NCBI GenBank assembly: GCA_051985095.1
Contig: JBPYEE010000581.1
Location: 1 to 37,159, forward strand
Direction of reading: 5' to 3'
From: Vicinamibacterales bacterium
GTDB taxonomy: Bacteria; Acidobacteriota; Vicinamibacteria; Vicinamibacterales; CAVVIG01
DNA: 37,159 nt
Shown here one piece after another: positions 34,225 to 37,159 of the stretch. Numbering within the stretch: position 1 is the first letter of the stretch; every line of letters begins with the position of its first letter. The notes under the pieces were generated by a model. It did no database searches. It worked only from the letters and a program-made list of their open reading frames with translations, and was not told where the DNA came from. A program made the translations under genes and the position numbers.

Positions 34225-34743
34225 ATGCTGCCAGCCGCTCAGGCCCTCCTCGCGGAGATCGATGCCGAAACTCCAGCCACCCGGCGTGTGCTCGAACGGA
34301 TCCCGGCCGACCGGTTCGACTGGCGGCCCCACCCCAAGTCGATGAGTGCGGGTCAACTCGCCCAGCACGTCGCCTCCATTCCCGGCACGGTCGCTCGGAT
34401 CGCCCAGATGGACGGCCTTGACATCGCGACGCGCCCCACCGAGTACGCGTCGTGTGCCAGCCACGAAGCGTTACTGGCCGCTCTGGATGCCTCTGTCACC
34501 GCCGCGCGCGAATTTCTCGCCGGCCTCGAGGAAGCGCGCGCGACGGCCATCTGGCGTCTGACGTTTGGGGACCGTGAGATCTTTGCGATTCCGCGGCTCG
34601 GCGTAATGCGCACCATCGGGCTGAATCATTGGTACCATCACCGCGGCGAACTCGTCGTCTATTTACGGCTGCTCGATGTGCCGGTGCCGATCGTCTACGG
34701 CAGGAGCGCCGATGAGAACCCGTTCGCGCGCACGGCCGCCTGA
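34225..34743 (+). CDS. DinB-superfamily protein (damage-inducible-like four-helix bundle)
   Basis: ATG 34225 with AGGAG 7 nt upstream (GTG 34222 also possible). WRPHPKSMSAGQLAQHV and the C-terminal NHWYHHRGELVVYLRL are DinB-type His motifs. Confidence 0.8.
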   Translation: MLPAAQALLAEIDAETPATRRVLERIPADRFDWRPHPKSMSAGQLAQHVASIPGTVARIAQMDGLDIATRPTEYASCASHEALLAALDASVTAAREFLAGLEEARATAIWRLTFGDREIFAIPRLGVMRTIGLNHWYHHRGELVVYLRLLDVPVPIVYGRSADENPFARTAA

Positions 34744-34926
34744 GGAGCCACGAGAGGCCATCGCTGCGGTTCTGGCGCCTTCGACGGAGACCGACGCGCC
34801 CAGGACTCGGGTCCGCAGCGACTGGCATCGCGGGCCTCCGAGTAAACTCGCTTTGCGTATGATCGGCAGCATCGAAACCGTCGCGATCGAGTCTCGACTC
34901 GTACCGGAGGGTCCGGAGCGCGTCCC

Positions 34927-35925
34927 ATGAGGATTGCGATCCTCGACGATTACTTTGACACGCTGCGGACCCTGTCGTGTTTCCGGATCCTTGAGGGTCA
35001 TGACGTGCGCGTCTGGAACGATCACGTCGATGAGATCAATGCCCTCGCCGACCGGCTTCGAGACGTCGAGGCCCTGGTCCTGATTCGCGAGCGGACGAAA
35101 ATTTCGGGCACTCTGCTCGAGCACCTTCCGGCTTTGCGGCTCATCAGCCAGCGCAGCGTCTATCCGCACATTGACATCGACGCGTGCACCCGGCTCGGCA
35201 TCGTCGTGTCGTCGGACATGCATCCGGGCACGCCTTCGTATGCCGCGGCCGAGCTGACATGGGCCCTCATCCTCGCGACAATGCGCCAGATTCCACAGCA
35301 AGTCGCGGCGCTCCGATCCGGCATCTGGCAGACGGGTGTCGGCCGGACGCTCCGCGGCCTCACGCTGGGCATCTACGGCTACGGCCGGATCGGCGCGACA
35401 GTTGCGGGATATGGAAAGGCGTTCGGGATGCAGGTGCTGGTGTGGGGGCGAGACGCGTCGCGCGAGCGCGCTCAGGCGGACGGGTACGAAGCGGCGGGAT
35501 CGAAGGAGGCGTTCCTCGAGCAGAGCGACGTGGTGTCGCTGCACCTGCGACTCGTGCCGGCTACGACGGGGATTGTTACAGCGTCCGACCTCGCCCGCAT
35601 GAAACCCACGGCCCTGCTTGTCAACACGAGCCGCGCGGGCTTGATCGAGCCTGACGCGCTCGTCCGGGCCCTCGACCGAGGGCGGCCGGGGATGGCCGCG
35701 GTCGACGTCTTCGAGGACGAGCCTGTTCGAAACGCGACACATCCGCTTCTCAGCCGGGATCGCGTGATCTGCACGCCGCACATCGGGTACGTCACGCGCG
35801 AGGAATACGAACTGCAATTCGCAGACATCTTCGAGCAGATTCAGGCGTATGCGGCCGGGCGACCGATCAACGTCGTGAATCCGGCCGTGCTGCAGAGCGA
35901 CGCCCTGCGTTCCAGGGGCGCTTGA
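34927..35925 (+). CDS. D-isomer-specific 2-hydroxyacid dehydrogenase family protein
   Basis: NAD-binding [22 protein letters not shown], and catalytic region DVFEDEP...CTPHIGYVT. Confidence 0.85.
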   Translation: MRIAILDDYFDTLRTLSCFRILEGHDVRVWNDHVDEINALADRLRDVEALVLIRERTKISGTLLEHLPALRLISQRSVYPHIDIDACTRLGIVVSSDMHPGTPSYAAAELTWALILATMRQIPQQVAALRSGIWQTGVGRTLRGLTLGIYGYGRIGATVAGYGKAFGMQVLVWGRDASRERAQADGYEAAGSKEAFLEQSDVVSLHLRLVPATTGIVTASDLARMKPTALLVNTSRAGLIEPDALVRALDRGRPGMAAVDVFEDEPVRNATHPLLSRDRVICTPHIGYVTREEYELQFADIFEQIQAYAAGRPINVVNPAVLQSDALRSRGA

Positions 35926-35969
35926 CACCACTACTACGCTGCACGTAGTATTACGAATAACGTATTACG
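35922..35969 (+). promoter_or_regulatory. candidate padR promoter with a duplicated GTATTACG motif
   Basis: TTGACA 35922-35927 (contains the upstream TGA stop), 18-nt spacer, TAGTAT 35946-35951. GTATTACG at 35948-35955 and 35962-35969 (14-nt period). ACGTATTACGT (35960-35970) is an 11-nt palindrome. Confidence 0.5.
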
Positions 35970-35980
35970 TGGAGCGGAGC

Positions 35981-36313
35981 ATGGTGCGGCGCGACGACAG
36001 GATCGATCTCGACGAATTCGGGCGGTTCGCAGATCCGGCGTTGCTGATCCTGGTGAGCCTGGCGGAGGGTCCCAAGCACGGCTACGCGATCACGGAAGAC
36101 ATCGCCGCCTTTGCAGATGTGCGATTCGGCCCCGGGTCGCTCTACGGCGCCATCGCCCGCCTCGAGTCGCGCGGCCTCATCGAGCCGCTTGAGTCGGACC
36201 ACCGGCGCAATCCTTACCGGCTGACCGCGCTCGGCGACAAGGCGCTCCGAGCCAGACTGGCGAGCATTGCGGCGGTCACGCGAGTCGGCCAGCGGCGACT
36301 GGCCAACACATGA
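35981..36313 (+). CDS. PadR-family transcriptional regulator
   Basis: LLILVSLAEGPKHGYAITEDI......GPGSLYGAIARLESRGLIE is the PadR wHTH signature. ATG 35981 preceded by GGAGCGGAG (the listed GTG 35969 is also in frame). Confidence 0.85.
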   Translation: MVRRDDRIDLDEFGRFADPALLILVSLAEGPKHGYAITEDIAAFADVRFGPGSLYGAIARLESRGLIEPLESDHRRNPYRLTALGDKALRARLASIAAVTRVGQRRLANT

Positions 36314-36831
36314 CCTGGCTGCTGAAGCTCTATCCGCCCCGCTGGCGGCGCCGGTACGAGGCGGAGCTTGCCGATCTCGTCGCCGCACAACCATTCTCGA
36401 TCGATGCCGCGGTCGATCTGATCGCCGGCGCCGTCGACGCTTGGACACACCCGCGGTTGGTCCCGACGCCCGACATCCACGGAGACGTCTCGATGATTGC
36501 TCGTTTGATGCAGCTCAAATGCGCCGGTTACGATCCGGACGTCACAGCCATGGACAGAGTGAAGAACGCCTGGGTCAACATCGGCGGTACCTTTGGCCTC
36601 GCGCTGGTGTGGCTCGCGCTCGTGTGGGTTTGGAAACGGGGACAGCTCCCGGGCAACCTCTACCTGTTGGCGGTTGGCCCGATGACCTACTTGTTCCCGC
36701 ACCTTGTCAGCTTGCGCTACACGTCGTTGAAGGGACGCTCTCCCCGGGCACAGATGATCCTCATCATCGGTCTGAGCGCTGCGCTGACGACGTTCCTGGT
36801 GCTCGTGGGGTGGATAACCACGAAAATCTAG
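36310..36831 (+). CDS. PadR-associated membrane protein with a 'permease prefix'-like N-terminus
   Basis: The start overlaps the padR stop (ATGA 36310-36313). N-terminal WLLKLYPPRWRRRYEAEL resembles the prefix motif (LYPxxFRxxYGxEM) found on ADOP permeases. Three or four TM segments follow, with no FtsX domain. Confidence 0.65.
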   Translation: MTWLLKLYPPRWRRRYEAELADLVAAQPFSIDAAVDLIAGAVDAWTHPRLVPTPDIHGDVSMIARLMQLKCAGYDPDVTAMDRVKNAWVNIGGTFGLALVWLALVWVWKRGQLPGNLYLLAVGPMTYLFPHLVSLRYTSLKGRSPRAQMILIIGLSAALTTFLVLVGWITTKI

Positions 36832-36847
36832 CGCGAAAATCTAGCGC
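36821..36847 (+). repeat. perfect 13-bp tandem duplication spanning the stop codon of the preceding gene
   Basis: CGAAAATCTAGCG repeated twice (36821-36833 and 36834-46, plus one extra matching nt). The TAG stop at 36829-36831 is part of unit 1. Confidence 0.95.
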
Positions 36848-36876
36848 CATGAACGCGATGAGACGCGCGCATTACG

Positions 36877-37092
36877 CTACGCCGCGACCGTGGTCGCTGC
36901 ATGGCCTGATGCATGCCAGTCGGCTTGAAGCCGCATGCCGCGTAGGGGCGATGTCTTCAGGAGTCGAGCGAGTCGAAGCGCCGAATCCGCCGGGATGCCG
37001 CGCTCGCCGAGGACAACCTCACTCGAGCGGTTGAGCGCGATGCCGCGGCGACGGGCCGCCCCTTCACGCTGACCCGGACCGATACGGCTCAT
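36877..37092 (-). CDS. HigA-like (XRE HTH) antitoxin homologue, apparently shortened
   Basis: GIALNRSSEVVLGERGIPADSALRLARLLKTSP resembles the HigA core (G..xxRIxEIVxGKRGITADTALRLAxxFGTSP). MSRIGPGQ resembles the xxIHPGE start, but about 15 residues between them (helix 1) seem to be missing. Confidence 0.45.
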   Translation of the reverse strand: MSRIGPGQREGAARRRGIALNRSSEVVLGERGIPADSALRLARLLKTSPLRGMRLQADWHASGHAATTVAA

Positions 37093-37159
37093 CGACGATG
37101 CTCACGTTCCAGACCGCCGCGTTCGCAGTGATATCGACCAAAGCCGTCGTGGATGTGGT

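Noticed and set aside
1-37159. CRISPR arrays, IS elements, integrases, phage genes, rRNA/tRNA genes and known defence-system hallmarks
   Set aside because: None seen. There are no spaced direct repeats, no transposase or recombinase motifs and no nuclease/ATPase defence-type architectures. The only toxin-antitoxin-like signal is the weak higBA remnant reported above.

Overview
High-GC (about two-thirds G+C by eye) bacterial chromosomal segment with about 34 supportable protein genes and no rRNA, tRNA, CRISPR array, transposase or integrase. Gene content suggests Acidobacteriota (inference from recall, no search run): two ATPase-less duplicated FtsX/MacB-like 'ADOP' permeases, a PadR plus permease-prefix gene pair, a CarboxypepD_reg-type TonB-dependent receptor, DinB/HxlR genes and a GT-C membrane glycosyltransferase. 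Left third: a beta-helix protein fragment, a bacterial SET-domain gene, a Tat-signal PatB/MalY-type PLP C-S lyase and an orphan LuxR-type response regulator. A tightly coupled minus-strand block follows: uvrB-mlaE-mlaF-mlaD-ytxH-DUF948-secreted protein. Middle: a DHH/DHHA1 phosphoesterase with an extra N-terminal domain, a CrtI-like flavoprotein, a ferritin-like::VIT1 fusion, a stand-alone receiver, GrpB coupled to an ADOP permease, DUF4097, a TonB-dependent receptor and an MBL hydrolase. Right third looks more accessory and partly decaying. It holds an NAD(P)H-binding pseudogene, a GNAT remnant, a shortened HigA-like gene, and a GT-C glycosyltransferase/carbamoyltransferase/small membrane protein cassette. 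It also holds a second ADOP permease, LysE-GGCT, an HxlR-DinB-nitronate monooxygenase operon with a divergent DinB and clear palindromic operators, a 2-hydroxyacid dehydrogenase, and PadR with a membrane partner. I found no convincing novel defence or mobile system. The best candidates for follow-up are the GT-C/carbamoyltransferase cassette, the HxlR palindrome regulon, the uvrB-mla-ytxH coupling, the repeat-rich uvrB/DHH control region and an unlisted 53-codon CxxC ORF. All family calls come from motif recognition and memory, not from database searches.
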